A DNA stretch of 64,000 nt. It comes from Chiloscyllium plagiosum (taxonomy: Eukaryota). Positions 25,434 to 38,564 of this stretch are shown here, in pieces. The DNA lies in the NCBI RefSeq assembly GCF_004010195.1, contig NC_057718.1, positions 5,809,110-5,873,109 on the forward strand. The letters are read 5' to 3'. The stretch's first letter is position 1. Each line of letters opens with the position of its first letter. Made by a program: the position numbers and the translations under genes. A model generated the notes under the pieces. It did no database searches and was not told the origin of the DNA. It worked only from the letters and a program-made list of their open reading frames with translations.

Positions 25434-27235
25434 GTGCACAGCATGTGGCAGTTTAATTTAGATAAATGTGAAGTCATGCATTTTGTTGGGGGAAACCAGG
25501 GCAAGAGTTATACATTTAATAGTAGGGTCTTGGCTAGTGTTATCAAACAAAAAGACCTAGATGTGCAGGTGCATATTTCCTTGAAGGTGGAGTCGCAGGT
25601 AGGCAGGATGGTGAAGAAGGCATTTGTCACACTTGCTTTCATTGGTCAGAACATGAGTATAGGAGTTGGGATGTCATGTTGCAACTGTACAGGATATTGG
25701 TGAGGCGCTTCTAGAAAATTGAGGGTTTGGTTAAGGGAAGCATATGTCAGGTATAGACAAGATAGATCGAGTGAAAGCTTAGAAGAGCATAAAGGCAGTA
25801 GGAGTGTACTTAAGAGGGAAATCAGGAGGGCAAAAATGGGACATGCGATAGCCTTGGCAAATAGGATTAAGGAGAATCCAAAGGGTTTTTACAAATACAT
25901 GAAGGACAAAAGGGTAACTAGGGAGGGAATAGGAGCCCTCAAAGACCATCAAGGCAGCCTTTGTATGGAGCCACAGAAAATGGGGAAGATACTAAACGAA
26001 TATTTTGAATCAGTATTTACTGTGGAAAAGAATATGGAAGATATAGAATGTAGATGGTGACACCTTGAAAAATGTCCATATTGCAGAGGAGGAAATACTG
26101 GATGTCTTGAAAAGGGTAAAGGTGGATAAATCCCCAGGACCTGATCTGGTGTACCCTAGAACTCTGTGGAAAGCTAGAGAAGTGATTGCTGGGCCCCTTG
26201 CTGAGATATTTGTATCTTTAATAGTCACAAGTGAGGTGCCGGAAGACTTGAGGTTGGCTAACATGTTGCCACACTGTCTAAAAAGAGTGGTAAGGACAAG
26301 CCAGGGAAATATAGACCAGTGAGCCTGATGTCGGTAGTGGGCAAGTTGTTGGAGAGAATGTTGAGGGACAAGATGTATATGTATTTGGAAAGACTGATTA
26401 GGGATAGTCAACATGGCTTTCTGTGTAGGAAATCATGTCTCACAAACTTGATTGAGTTTTTTGAAGAAGTAACAAAGATGATTGATGAGGGCAGAGTGAT
26501 AGATGTGATCTATGTGGGCTTCAGTAAGGCGTTCGACAAGGTTCCCCATGGGAGACTGGTTAGCAAGGTTAGATCTCATAGAATACAAGGAGAACTAGTC
26601 ATTTGGATACAGAACTAGCTCAAATGTAGAAGACAGAGGGTGGTGGTGGAGGGTTGTTTTTCAGACTGGAGCCTGTGACCAGTGGAATGCCACAAGGATT
26701 GATGCTGGGTCCTCCACTTTTTGTCATTTATATAAATTATTTAGAAGCAAACATAAGAGGTACAGTTAGTAAGTTTGCAGATGACACCAAAACTGGAGTG
26801 TAGTGGACAGCGAAGAGGGTTACCTCAGATTACAACAGGATCTTGGCCAGATGGGCCAATGGGCTGAGAAGTGGCAGATGGAGTTTAATTCAGATAAATG
26901 CGAGGAGATGCATTTTGGGAAAGCAAATCTTAGCAGGACTTATACACTTAATGGTAAGGTCCTAGGNNNGGAGGCTGAGGGGTGATCTTATAGAGGTTTA
27001 CAAAATTATGAGGGACATAGATAGGATAAATAGACAAAGTCTTTTCCCTGGGATCGTAGAGTCCAGAACTAGAGGGCATAGATTTAGGGTGAGAGGTGAA
27101 AGATATAAGAATGACAAACAGCAGTGGCCTCAAAACAGTTCCTTGCAGCACATCACGAGTAACTGAACTCCAGGATGAACATTATCCACCATCTGCCACC
27201 CTCTGTCTTCTTCCGGCTAGCCAATTTCTGATCCT
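25434..27235 (+). mobile_element. Composite CR1 fragments (main piece ~25715-27110, same family as 15200-18742), with a short inverted piece at the end
   Basis: ORFs 25719-26985 carry KENPKGFYKY, SQHGF, FSKAFDKVPH, LQQDLGQMGQWAEKWQM. Confidence 0.9.
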
Positions 27236-28300
27236 TAGCGATTGCCAGCCAGTACTCTGGGACTACAATAAGGGTGAACATGACAACAATAAAAGGAAAC
27301 ATTATAAACAGAAATGCAATCAAGGTTTCGCACTGGGCTGATCAGCATTTTCTTGACCTGATTAAAGACAGCATGTTGGAGTCACATGTCTTTCCAGATA
27401 TCCTCTTTGATGGTCATCATCACTAATTAGATGGTTTAATTCTTATTCTCATGTGTGTCATAACATATCAATATCCTCTCCAGTACCTCTGGCATATAGT
27501 AATTTTGTTATTTTAGTTTGCAATATTAACAACTTTCATTTGCTCAGCTATCAACACATTTGTAATACCCAAGAAAAAAAGGCAGAAATTCCATTTGTTT
27601 CACATTTTTTATAAACACAAGACTTTGCAAAGCTTTTTACAATCAATGAAATACTTTTGAGCTGTAGTTACTGCTGTAGCAGTGATTAGGCTATATGACA
27701 GAAAATAGTCAGCATTTCGAGAAAGATAAGCAAAAACAGAAATTGCTGGAGAAACTGTGCGGATCTTGAAAGTGTTATGAGTCCAGTGACTCTTCACCAG
27801 ATGCTTATTTTCTAACAACTTCTGTTTAAGTTTCAGATCCACATCCACAGTTCTTTGTGTTATATTATGGTGAGCAAGATGTTTCTTTGGACTGTTATAA
27901 AATGGAAAGTGATGTTCCAAAAGGATGGTGCTGGGACCACTGTTGTTCATTGCTTACATAAGTGAATTGGACTCAGGATCAGAAGGTCAATTTCACTATT
28001 GAAAGCATAGTAATAAGCTGAGGTAGCAAAGATAATGGTGAGGAAAATTGCGACAAAATATAAGAAGACACTAAAGAGGTTGTTGAATGAGGGTACAAGT
28101 AGAAGTTTTGTATTTTGGTAGGAGAATTAAGAAGGTCATGTTGTTGTTGAAAATAATAATTCCAAGTGGGGTAGAGGAACAAATGGATTTAAGTGTTCCA
28201 GTACATGAATGATTAAAAGGCTAATAAAGCCAGAAGAATGTGTTAGTATAGGGGCTAGTATTTAGATGAATAATAATGCACAGATGATATAGAGACATAG

Positions 28301-28393
28301 CCAGAAGTCACATGACACCAGGTTATAGTCCAATAGGTTCATTTAAAATCACAAGCTTTCGGAATGCCATTCCTCCATCAGGTGAAGTGAGGT
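28301..28393 (-). mobile_element. Short PLE family-B-like terminal repeat insertion with 14-bp TSD, inside an old CR1 (~27880-28980)
   Basis: atatagagacatag at 28287-28300 and 28394-28407; variant hammerhead cac-ctgatgg-a-ggaatg-g-cattcc-gaaa-g-ctt^gtg. Confidence 0.75.
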
Positions 28394-29179
28394 ATATAGA
28401 GACATAGTTAGATCATACTGGAGCACTGCGTACAGTTCTTGTTCCCATATTACTAGAAGAATATAGAGGGATTGGGGAAGGTGCAAAGAATTCTTGTAAT
28501 GATGTTACCAGAACTGACACAACAAACATCAATATGAAGTGAACAGGTTGGGGCTCCTTACTTTAAAAAAGAGAAAGCTGAGCAGCAACCTAGTAGAAAT
28601 GTTCAAAATGATGAAAGTTCAATTGAAATGGTTCAATTATGGTCATTTGCTGTGCTTGTGAGAATTTGCAGTTTCAGGCAAACCTTTGTTACAATGACAC
28701 TATTTGAATAGCTTAGACAGAAGATGTTTGAATCAGGGATCACTAGGGGTCACAAGTACAAGATACATGCTAACTAACTTAAAAAGCAGGAAACTTCGAT
28801 GCTCAGAGTGTACTGAGAATGTGGAACTTACCAGTCCAATGAGAGGTTGAGATGAATAATGCAGAAAGATTTACGAGAAGCCAAATAAACATGTTGAGAA
28901 CGAAGGCAAGCATGTGGGTGAGATGACAAGAGGTGAGAGGAGAATTGTGTTTTGCTTAAAAACTGGAATAGGTCATGGGCAGAGCGTTAATTTTCTGATG
29001 TGCAATGATGACAGCTAGCTTTATTTCAGCACCAATTCTCTGTGGAGATCTCTGTACAGCTAGGCTTAGATGATTAATGTATTCAACAAAGAGATGATTA
29101 ATCAAGTAATGGCTCTTGATTGAGTCTGATTATTCTGTAATAATTAGGAAAACGTAGATTTGCATTAAAAGTTGACTAA

Positions 29180-30290
29180 GATTGTTGACTTGCTTGTTGA
29201 GCTGATAGCTTTGTTTGCAGATGTTTCGTTACCATTCTAAATAACATAATCAGTTAGCTTCTGGTGAAGCATGAGTGTTCTGCCCTGCTTGCTATTTATG
29301 TGTTTGGGTCTGCTGGGGTTGGTGATGTCATTTCAGGTTTTGTTGCTGGTTTTGTTTCTTAGTGGTTGGTATATGGGGTCCAAATCCACATGTTTATTAA
29401 TGGAGTTTGGGGTTGAGTGGCAGGCCTCCAGGGATTCCTGTGCATGTCCTTTTTTGGCTTGTTTTAGCTTAGGTACATTTACATAGTCGAATTGGTGCCC
29501 TTCATTGTCTGTGTGTATGGTTACAATTTGGTCATATCTCCTGGTGGCTAGTTGATATTTGTGTACCCTGGTGGCTAATTTCCTTCCTGTTGGCCCTGTG
29601 TTGTGCTTTTGGCAGTCTATCCATGGTATTTTGTATATCATGTTGATCCTGCTGGTTGTGGGTGTGGGATCTTGTTAATAGGTGTCGTAGAGTGGTGGTG
29701 GGCTTGTGGCTACCATGATACCCAGGGGTCGGAGTAGTCTGGTGATCATTTCTGATATGTTCATAGTATATGGCAGTGTGGTCAGTGTCTTTTGTCTTCC
29801 TGTTGTGACTTGTTGTGTAGGCGTTGGCGGACTGCTCTTTTTGAGCCGTCATTATTTCTGAAATGTTGTGTAAGTGTGCTTCTTCTACTTTGCGCAGCTC
29901 TGAGGTGTCGCAGCGTGTTATAGTTCATTTGAACATTGTTCTGATGCAGCTGTTTTTGGGTGTTAGGATGGTTGCTGCTGTAATTGAGTACTTGGTGTGT
30001 GTAGGTGGCCTTCCTGTATACACTGGTCTGGAGCTCCCCATTGACCTTGCATTCAACCTTTATGTCCTGGAAAATGAATCAGTTGTTGTTCTTTTCCTTG
30101 GTGAGTTTTACGCTAAGGATGTTGTTTATGACTTGGTGAGTTTCTTCTAGCTGTGCACATTCAATAATGACAAAAGTGTCACCTACATAGCAGTTCCACA
30201 GTTTAGGTTGGATAGTGAGCAGTGCTGTCCATTCCAGTCTTTGCATGACCACTTCTGCTATTAGTCCTGATATTGGTGAACCCATGGGAC
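29180..30290 (-). mobile_element. Penelope-like element (family C): RT C-terminal part + GIY-YIG endonuclease, degenerate
   Basis: MGSPISGLIAEVVM, YVGDTF (YVDD-like), IYKIPW.DC....G.TGRKLATRVHKY, LEACHS. Confidence 0.9.
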
Positions 30291-30654
30291 CACTGATATC
30301 AGGACTAATAGCAGAAGCTATCGTGTAAATGGGGAGCTCCAGGCCAGCTTATACATTAAGGACTTATCAGAAATGACCAGCTGACTACTCCAACTCCTGG
30401 GTATCATGTAGCCCACAAACTAACTATACACTACGGCAGCTACTAGCTGCAAAGTTCATCCTTCCAAATTTGTTAAATTTATCACTGTTTTTCAATAAAA
30501 TCTAACATTTACCATCTAAAAGTCCTCTTTTTGTCCTAATTGCTTCAGTCTTGCACAAGCAAAGGTAAATTTATTAAGTTGCTTCCAAATTGCTGACGAC
30601 TTGGGATGGTTGAAATCAATTAAGTTATAAAGAACAAAATTAGAGTAATTTATT

Positions 30655-31170
30655 ATTTGGAAGATCTTTCTCCACGCTTTTGCTTGCACTTCAGCCCCAC
30701 GTTCCTGACCTTTGGGTATCGGGGTTTGGGTAAGATGAGGAACTTCCTTGTGAGTTTGCTCCTGGGTCTGGCCAAGTTGGCCATTAACAGATCCAGGCAG
30801 TGGGTTGTGGAGAGGGTTAACACAGCTGATTGCCTGTTCCTCTTCCACAGTTACGCTCCTGCCCAGGTGGCTTTGGAAAGAAAGCACACAGTATCCACCA
30901 ACCTTGATGCCTTTAGAGAGAGGTGGGCATTAACAAGGGTAGAGTGCTTTCTTTCCCTTTCAACTCCATTTTGATTTAATTACCTCCCTCTCTTCCTCCC
31001 TTTTCATGCATTGCCCTTAATGGCTTTGCATGTAAATTAATCAGTTGAGAAACACAGGTGATTTACTGATGGTGGTTAACAGATGAAAAAAGTACCACAG
31101 GTGATTTAATGATGGAGAAAAAACTGTTCAATTGTGCATAAAAACACTTCTAGATTAAAAAAAAAGAAAG
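30655..31170 (+). mobile_element. L1/Tx1-type LINE 3' end with poly(A)
   Basis: LLLGLAKLAINRSR...F...W resembles Tx1 ORF2 C-termini; A-rich tail at ~31157. Confidence 0.7.
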
Positions 31171-31289
31171 GAACAAAAAACAAATTAGAGTAAAATCAAA
31201 CAGCAAACAAATTTTTTTTAGAAGAGTTGAAAAGAAGATTAGACATTGTTGTGAACTTGGAAAGAACCTCTTTTAGATCACACTGAAAC

Positions 31290-31880
31290 ATTGTACACAA
31301 TTTTGGAGTATGGAGAGATTTTCTTATGGAGAGAGGTTCAGTACTTTGGACCAGTACGCAATGAAGTTTAGAAGAATGCGAGGAGTGTCTATTGAAACAT
31401 GTAAGATTCGAGAACTTCACAGAGAAGATACCAGACAGGTTTCTGCTGCTGGTGGGAGACTTGAGAAGCAAACGGCACAATCTCAGAGTAAGGTGTCATA
31501 CATTTAAATTGGAGATGAAAAGGACTTTGTCCTCTCAGAGGGCAGTGAGTCTATGGCATTCTTTAGCACAGAAGGCTGCTGAGGCTGGATTATTCAGTAT
31601 ATTCAAAGCAGAAATAGATACATTTTTATTCAGTAAGGGAATCAAAGATTATAGAGCAAAGGCAGGAAGGTGGAGTTGAGAAATAAAAGCAGAAATGGCT
31701 AGAAAAACTCAACAGGTCTGGCCAGTATCTGTGGAGTAAAATTTTAATTAGTGTTTCGGGTACGGTGACCATTCTTCAGAAAGGGGTGGTGTGGCTTATC
31801 AGATCAGCCACGATATCACTGAATGGCAGTACAGAGTTGATGGGTTGAATGGCCTACTTCGGCTCCTAATGATCTAAGAT
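31290..31880 (+). mobile_element. CR1 3' end with an inserted PLE terminal-repeat fragment (~31682-31785)
   Basis: SSQRAVSLWHSL...IFKAEIDTFL; the insert carries ctgaaga...cccgaaac on the minus strand. Confidence 0.75.
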
Positions 31881-32057
31881 ACAGTAAATGAAGGATAGTT
31901 ATGTGCATTCAATCCATTCCAATCACTTCCAAACATGATTGATGGGCTGATCTGTTTAGAAACATTGTTTCTGTATGCAACTATTTAGCTGTTTCTAATT
32001 TGTCCTCAAAGGACAATATTTAGAAGACATCTGACTGTATACTGATGTATCAGGTTG

Positions 32058-32420
32058 TGTGTTTCCCAGTTGATTAATTTACATGCAATGCCATTAAGGG
32101 CAATGAAGACCACCAAAGGTGAGGGAGAAAGGGAGTTGACTAAATCAAATGGAGTTGGACGGGAGCAAAAGCACTCTACCCTCGCTAGTGCCCACCTCCC
32201 TCCACAGTGTCAAGAGTGTTGGTGGATACAGCGTGCTGTCTTTCCAAAGACACATGGGCAGGAACATAACTGTGGAGGAAGAGCAGTTCTCATTCCTGAT
32301 GAAGGGTTTTTGTCTGAAAAATCAATTTTCCTGCTCCTCAGATGCTGTCTAACCTGCTGTGCTTTTCCAGCACCACATTCTCGACTCTAATCTCCAGCAT
32401 CTGCAGTCTTCCGTTTTGCC
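32058..32420. mobile_element. Chimeric insertion: inverted Tx1 3' fragment + PLE family-A terminal repeat, bounded by a 16-bp TSD
   Basis: ctgatgtatcaggttg (32042-32057) and ctgatgcatcaggttg (32421-32436); 32058-32287 aligns to the reverse complement of ~30832-31056. Confidence 0.75.
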
Positions 32421-32584
32421 CTGATGCATCAGGTTGCCAATCAAGAGATTGTAGTCTTAATTTTAACTTCTGACCAAAATATAAAAGATCTACATTTAAT
32501 CAGTTGTCAACTGTACATTCCATCTAATTCCATTCCCATTAAATGGACAATTGACAAAAATGTAAAAGGAACGATTTGACTGAC

Positions 32585-32614
32585 TTTGTGACTCTCCATC
32601 AAATTCAGATTCCA
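32585..32614 (-). CDS. Weak candidate 30-nt phase-1/1 micro-exon (xESEFDGESQ)
   Basis: Acceptor ttttcaactacatgtcacag and donor AAA|gtcagt; frame compatible with the other candidates; could be chance. Confidence 0.2.
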
Positions 32615-32995
32615 CTGTGACATGTAGTTGAAAATGAACTAAAAAAAATTACCATATCAAAGTTAAAGAAAAATCCAAAACAAAATAAAGAACAATAGAT
32701 GGATACCTGGATTTGAAATATTAAATCTGTTTCTCTCTCCACAGGTGCTGCCAAATTTGCTGAATTTTTCCAGAACTTACAGTTTTTGTTAAAAGAAAAA
32801 TCTAACTTGTAAAACCCTTCACACAATGGAACTTGAATCCTTGAAAACTTCAGTAATGCTTCACTCCTCATTGGTGTATATTATTGCTGCTTAGACCAAG
32901 CCATGTTTTGCAACACTTTCTGGAATGAGACCATTATTTTGCATTTATTTTCCACAGTCACTTTTTGTCAATGCAGTTTAGCTGGAATACTGTGT

Positions 32996-33152
32996 AAAAA
33001 CAATGACTGCAGATGCTGGAAACCAGATTCTGGTGTAGAGTGGTGCTGGAAAAGCACAGCAGTACAGGCAGCATCCGAGGAGCAGGAAAATCGACATTTC
33101 GGGCAAAAGCCCTTCATCAGGAATACAGGCAGAGTGCCTGAAGGGTGGAGAG
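32996..33152 (-). mobile_element. PLE family-A terminal repeat with hammerhead motif (33089-33124) and short TSD actgtgt
   Basis: Minus strand ATTC-CTGATGA-A-GGGC-TTTT-GCCC-GAAA-T-GTC^GATT. Confidence 0.75.
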
Positions 33153-33192
33153 ACTGTGTTCCAAATCTGGCACCACCCCTTAAAATAATGGG

Positions 33193-33500
33193 CAGCTTGG
33201 CAGTTCAGTGGTTAACACTGCTGCCTCACAGTCCCAGGGACTTAGATACAATTCTACCCTCGGAGGACTGTCTGTCTGGAGTTCACACATTCTCCTTGAG
33301 TCTATGCAGGTTTCCTGCAGGCGTTACATTTCTTCCCACAGTCCAACGATGTGCAGGTTAGATGGATTAGCCATGGAAAATGCAGGATGCCAGGGATATG
33401 GTCAGGGGTGGGTCTGGGTGAGATATTCTTAGGAGGGTTGCTGTGGACTCAATGGATTGAATGGCTGCTTCCAAACTGTGTGGAGATTCTATTCTATGAT
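33193..33500 (+). mobile_element. HE1/V-SINE, degenerate, near full length
   Basis: tRNA-like head, V-domain and ttctattctatg tail. Confidence 0.75.
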
Positions 33501-36147
33501 GTCAAACCTTAGGAGAGATTGTAGAGGAGATTTACTAGAATGTTACCAGGGATAAAGAACTTTGGATATTTGGAGTGGTTGAGGAAACTAGGATCCTTCT
33601 CTTGGAAAAGAAGGGGTTAAGAGTAGATTTAACAGCAATGATCAAAACTTTCAGCTCTTGGATTGCACAAGGAGGAAGGAACTTTTTCCATTGACAGGAG
33701 ATCAGTATTCAGTAGGAACAAACCTACCTCAGTTGAAAACATGGAGAGATTTGTCTGAGCAGTGAATTGTGGTGCTCTGGAATCTATAACCTGGGTGGAA
33801 ACAAATTCAATAATACCTTTCAAAATTGAATCGAATAAATACACTGTGGGAACGTTATTGGAAGGATATCATGAAAGAAAAGGGTGTGGGAACAATTGGG
33901 TAGCTCTTAGACATGATTGACTGAATACCCTTCTTCTGTACTATCTGATTCTGTGATACTAACTGCAGTTTCTTTCAGAAGGCAACACTGGGTAACATTC
34001 TTGAATCAATGCAATGAAAATACCATGACAATGGTATTGAGAAAGAGTTTTAGAAGTTTTATCCAGTGACGATTAAGGATTAGAGATATACTTCCAAGTC
34101 AAGTTTGTGTGTGTTCTGGAGGAGTCTTTGCTGGTGATGGTGATGATAGATACCCCTGCTATCCCTGTTTTTCTAGTTAGTAACGGTCATGGTTTGGAAG
34201 CTGCTGCGTAGGGAGCTTTGTTGAATTACTGGATTGTATCTTTTAGACGTACACATTGTTCCCACTGTGGGACAGAATAGTGGATAAAGGGATTTCCTCA
34301 CTATCCATCAAAGACTGCGACAGTGTATAGATACTCGCTAGGATTTTATTCAGCATGAGACGATTCATCTGATTGGATGTAAATTGTGATTTTGTTGATT
34401 TTTTTTTGTCAACTTATGCTTGTTAATAAGACAGCCCCTATGGAACATCATAGCAATAGGATAAAGCTTAAGTGTGTCAAATATGGAGGGAATGAATGTT
34501 GAAGTTGGTAGGTATGGCACCAACCAAGTGGGCTACATCATCCTGAATGGTGTCAAGCTTGTTGAGTGTCGTTGAAGCTGCACCCATCCAGGAAAGAGGG
34601 GGTGGATAGGTTTGAGGAATCAGTAAATCACAAAATGAGTCAGCCACTGTAGAATTTCCAATATCTGAGCTGCTGTTGTGGTTAAAGTATTTATTTGTTT
34701 GGCCTGCTGTTGTTTCTTCTCCATGGTAAGCCATGGGATGGTAGGCTTTTGCTGATAGCAGTGCCGTAAAACATCACAGGGAGTCAGTTTCATTTACTCT
34801 CACTGGAGATGATTATTGCCTCGCACTTGTGTAGCACAAATGGTACTTGAGCCAATATATTGTCTAGGTAATACTGCAGAGGCTCTTTCAGAGTCAGAGG
34901 AATTGCAAATGGACTGAATACTGCGTGACCATCAGAAAATATTTCCACTTTTGGTCTTACGATAGATGGAAGGTCATTGATGAAACAACCAACACGGGTT
35001 GAACAATTGCAATAGTGTTCCATGGTATAAAATGTTACATTCCTCTTACACACAGTGCATAACTGTGTAATGTACTCGGTAGAGCATCATCACTATCTAT
35101 AATTTCTAAATATTACAAAGTTTTTCCTGTATCGGAATGTTAATCAGGAAAGGAACTCCAGCAACTGAATGACAATGACCACCAAAAAAATAATAAAGCA
35201 TATGAATTCAACCCCAAGAGAAATCTCCAAAAGGTAACTAGTATATTAAAAAGTCATATGAAACAAAAACAAAAGATGCCTGAGAGTACTCAAGCCTGTT
35301 TTAGTCCCAGAGGTCATTTATTCTGTGTATTATGTTGCTAAAATTTCATCTGAATTAGATCTCTCTTCATTGTATGCTATTCCCACAACACCAGCCACAT
35401 ATAAAATGTTATCACCTGCACAGTTTATACTCAGAGTGGGCAGATCTGGAGTGTTGGTTGTTCCTTTGAGAGATCATCATTTGCATGACAGCACGCTTTC
35501 ATTATTTTACATGCTCAGTCTCTCAGTTCACCTCACACCAACAAAACCTTTCTTTCTTACGTCACTGTTCCTGTGCTGATCCAGTTGAGAAACATTACCG
35601 TTACTTTCCTTTCACTGAAATGTCAGTGTTAAGTATATCCACATCCGGCACAGGCTATTCAGGGCAAAACTACATCTTCAACGCTGACGACTGAGCCATT
35701 AGTAATGGTAGTGCTGATTGATTCAGTAATGTTAATTATTAACTGTGTAATAATTGATTGGGCAATTATGGCTGGAATGGTAATGCTGAATGATTTAACA
35801 ATGATTTTGTAACCCAGCAGCTGTTGGTTGTTAGGTGATGTTAGTTGATGTCAAGATGATCTCCAGATCCAAAGTGTCCTTAATAACAGGGGCCATCAAC
35901 TTTGTCTCATTACCAAGGTGGGACAGAATAGTGAATAAAGGGGCTTCCACACTATCCATCAAAGACTGCAACAGTATATAGATACTCGCTAGGATTTTAT
36001 TCAGCATGAGACGATTCATCTGATTGGATGTAAATTGTGATTTTGTTGATATTTTTGTCAACTTATGATTGTTAATTAAGACAGCCCCTATGGAACATTA
36101 TAGGAATAGGATAAAGCTAGCTTAAGTCTTCTAAACCATTGCTCTTA

Positions 36148-36800
36148 GAGTCATGCAACCATAAAGCTGTACAGCATAGAAACAGACCTTTCAGTCCTAC
36201 TCACTGCTGACCAGATATTCTTTATTATTCTCGTCCCATTTTCCAGCATTTGGCCCATATCCCTCTAAACCCTTCCAATTCATATTGCCAAACAGATGCC
36301 TTTTAAATGTTGTAATTGTACCAGCCTCCCCCACTTCCTCTGGCAGCCCATTGCACACACGCATAACCCGCTGTGTGAAACTATTGCTGCTTAGGTCCTT
36401 TTTAAATCTTTCCCCTCTCACATCAAACCCATGCCCTCTAGTTTTGGGCGCCCCCTACCCTGAGAAAACAAACCTTGACTATTCACCCTATCTATGCCCC
36501 TCATGATTTTATAAACTTCTATAAGGTCATACCTCATCCTCCGGTGCTCCAGGGAAAATAGCCCCAGCATATTCGGCCACTCCACTACCTAAACCCTCCA
36601 ACCATGGCAACCATCTTTTCTGAACCCTTTCAAGATTCACAACATCTTTACAATAGCAGGGAGATCAGAATTGAATGCAATATTCCAAACGTGGACCGAC
36701 CAATGTATTGTACAGTAGCAACATGACCTCCTATCACCTACAGTCAATGCACTGACCAATAAAGGCATGCATACCAAAAGCTTCTTTACTCCTATACCTG
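36148..36800 (-). mobile_element. CR1 3' fragment
   Basis: RGERFKKDL...FTQRV...FKRHL. Confidence 0.9.
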
Positions 36801-36829
36801 CATGTTCAGTTTCTTTCTACATAGTGCTA

Positions 36830-37175
36830 ACATCAAATATCCAGATCAGGTATCCTCTACTCTGCTCCCCTCAAACATTCCCAAAACACATACCTCATGA
36901 GGTTAGACATTGAATAAAGCTCCCTCTTCACTGTCCCCATCAAATATTCCCAGGGCAGATACAATGCAGGGTTAGATCCAGAGTACAGCTTCCTGTGCAG
37001 AATAAAGTTTCTTCTATTCTTTTAAACTGAAAGTAAAGATCCCTCTACACTGTCCCTATCAAACACTTCCAGGAGAAGTAGAGCACAGTGTTTGACACAG
37101 AGCAAAGCTCTCTCTACATTGTCCCAATCAAATACTGATAGGGCAGGACAGCACAGGGTTAGATACACTGTCCTG
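36830..37175. repeat. Degenerate ~68-bp tandem repeat, about 5 units
   Basis: Unit approx ggttagatacagagtaaagctccctctacactgtccccatcaaacactcccagggcaggtacagca; ggttaga-like starts at ~36901, 36970, 37090 and 37157. Confidence 0.8.
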
Positions 37176-37194
37176 TTGAACATATAGAAAAGTT

Positions 37195-37697
37195 ACAGGT
37201 AAACTTAAAAGGGTTCAGAAAAGATTTACGACGATGCTGTCAGGGTTGGAGGGCTTGAGCTATAGGGAGAGACTGAATAGGCTGGGGCTATTTTTCTTGG
37301 AGTTTCGGAGGCTGAGGGGTGACCTTATAGAAGTTCATAAAGTCATGAGGGGCATAAAAAGGGTGAATAGACAAGGTACTTTCCCTGGGGTGGGGGAGTC
37401 CAAAACTAGTGGGCATAGGTTTAAGGTGAGAGGGGAAAGATTTAAAAGGGACCTGAGGGGCAACTTTTTCACACAGAGGTGGTACGTGTATGGAACGAGT
37501 TGCCAGCAGAAGTGGTGGAGGCCTGTCCAATTACAATATTTAAAAGACATCTGGTTGGGTACATGAATAGGAAGGTTTTAGGAGGGATATGGGCCAAATG
37601 TTGGCAAATGGAACTAGATCAGTTTAGTATATCTGGTCAGCATGGATGAGTTAGACTGAAAGTCTGTTTCTATGCTGCAAAACTCTATGACTGCATG
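37195..37697 (+). mobile_element. CR1 3' fragment
   Basis: LSYRERLNRLGLF...RRLRGDLIEV...FFTQR. Confidence 0.9.
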
Positions 37698-38564
37698 ACT
37701 CCCAAAATCCCACTTGCCAGACATCCCTTTGCCTGCAAACAAACTACTCCATTCAACCCCGACAAGCTCCTGTCTAATTCTGTCAAAATTTGCCCTGCCC
37801 CAGTTTACAACTATCTTAAAATTAATAGAGTTATGGTCACTGATCCAAAAGTATTCTGCTCAATATCACTTCCATCACCTGTCTTGCCCTATTTCCCAAG
37901 ATTAGGTTGAGTTTTGACCCTTCCTGAGTAGGATCCCCTACAAACTGCTAGAGGAAACTTTCCTGAACAGAATTAACAAATTCCACACAAGTAAGCCTTA
38001 ACGTTGTCGGAATCTGTTTTAAAGAGACTGTTAGGGCAGTTGATAGTTTGCAGAGTGCTATCTGTGTGAAGGAATTTGTGCTATTTCCCAACATTTTCAT
38101 TGTTTCCAATTCAGGAAGTGAATGGTTTATTGAGTGAACACAGGCATTGATCGACACAGAAGCTAAATGACAATGTGTTAGCTCTGTATTCAAGATGGTA
38201 AATCTGATTTGTTGCTGAGAGGTACTCAAACTGTTTGTTAGATACACGCGTTCTCCTTTAAAGGTAACGGGAGTTGTAATCAAAACCCATTGAACCGCTT
38301 TCAATTCAATTATTTTGTTTTGCAACAGCTTTGGTCATGATTAAACATGAGCTAATGTAACAAATCAGTGCTGCAATGATTGGAAAGATTCTGTTTGTCC
38401 AAATTGAGTACTGGTCAATTGGCTGAAATGAAACCTTTCACACTTCTCCACTATCTCATGACCAAATAAAATTACAATTTAATATTTCATCAGCTATTGT
38501 GTGAGACTCCCTGTTCAATAGCTTCATCATGTCACACCTATAAGCAAATAAGCCCAATCTCAGT

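Noticed and set aside
30513..30549. Minus-strand peptide with a furin-like RTKR-GLLD motif and a donor site
   Set aside because: Very short frame bounded by stops, weak acceptor, not frame-preserving; probably chance
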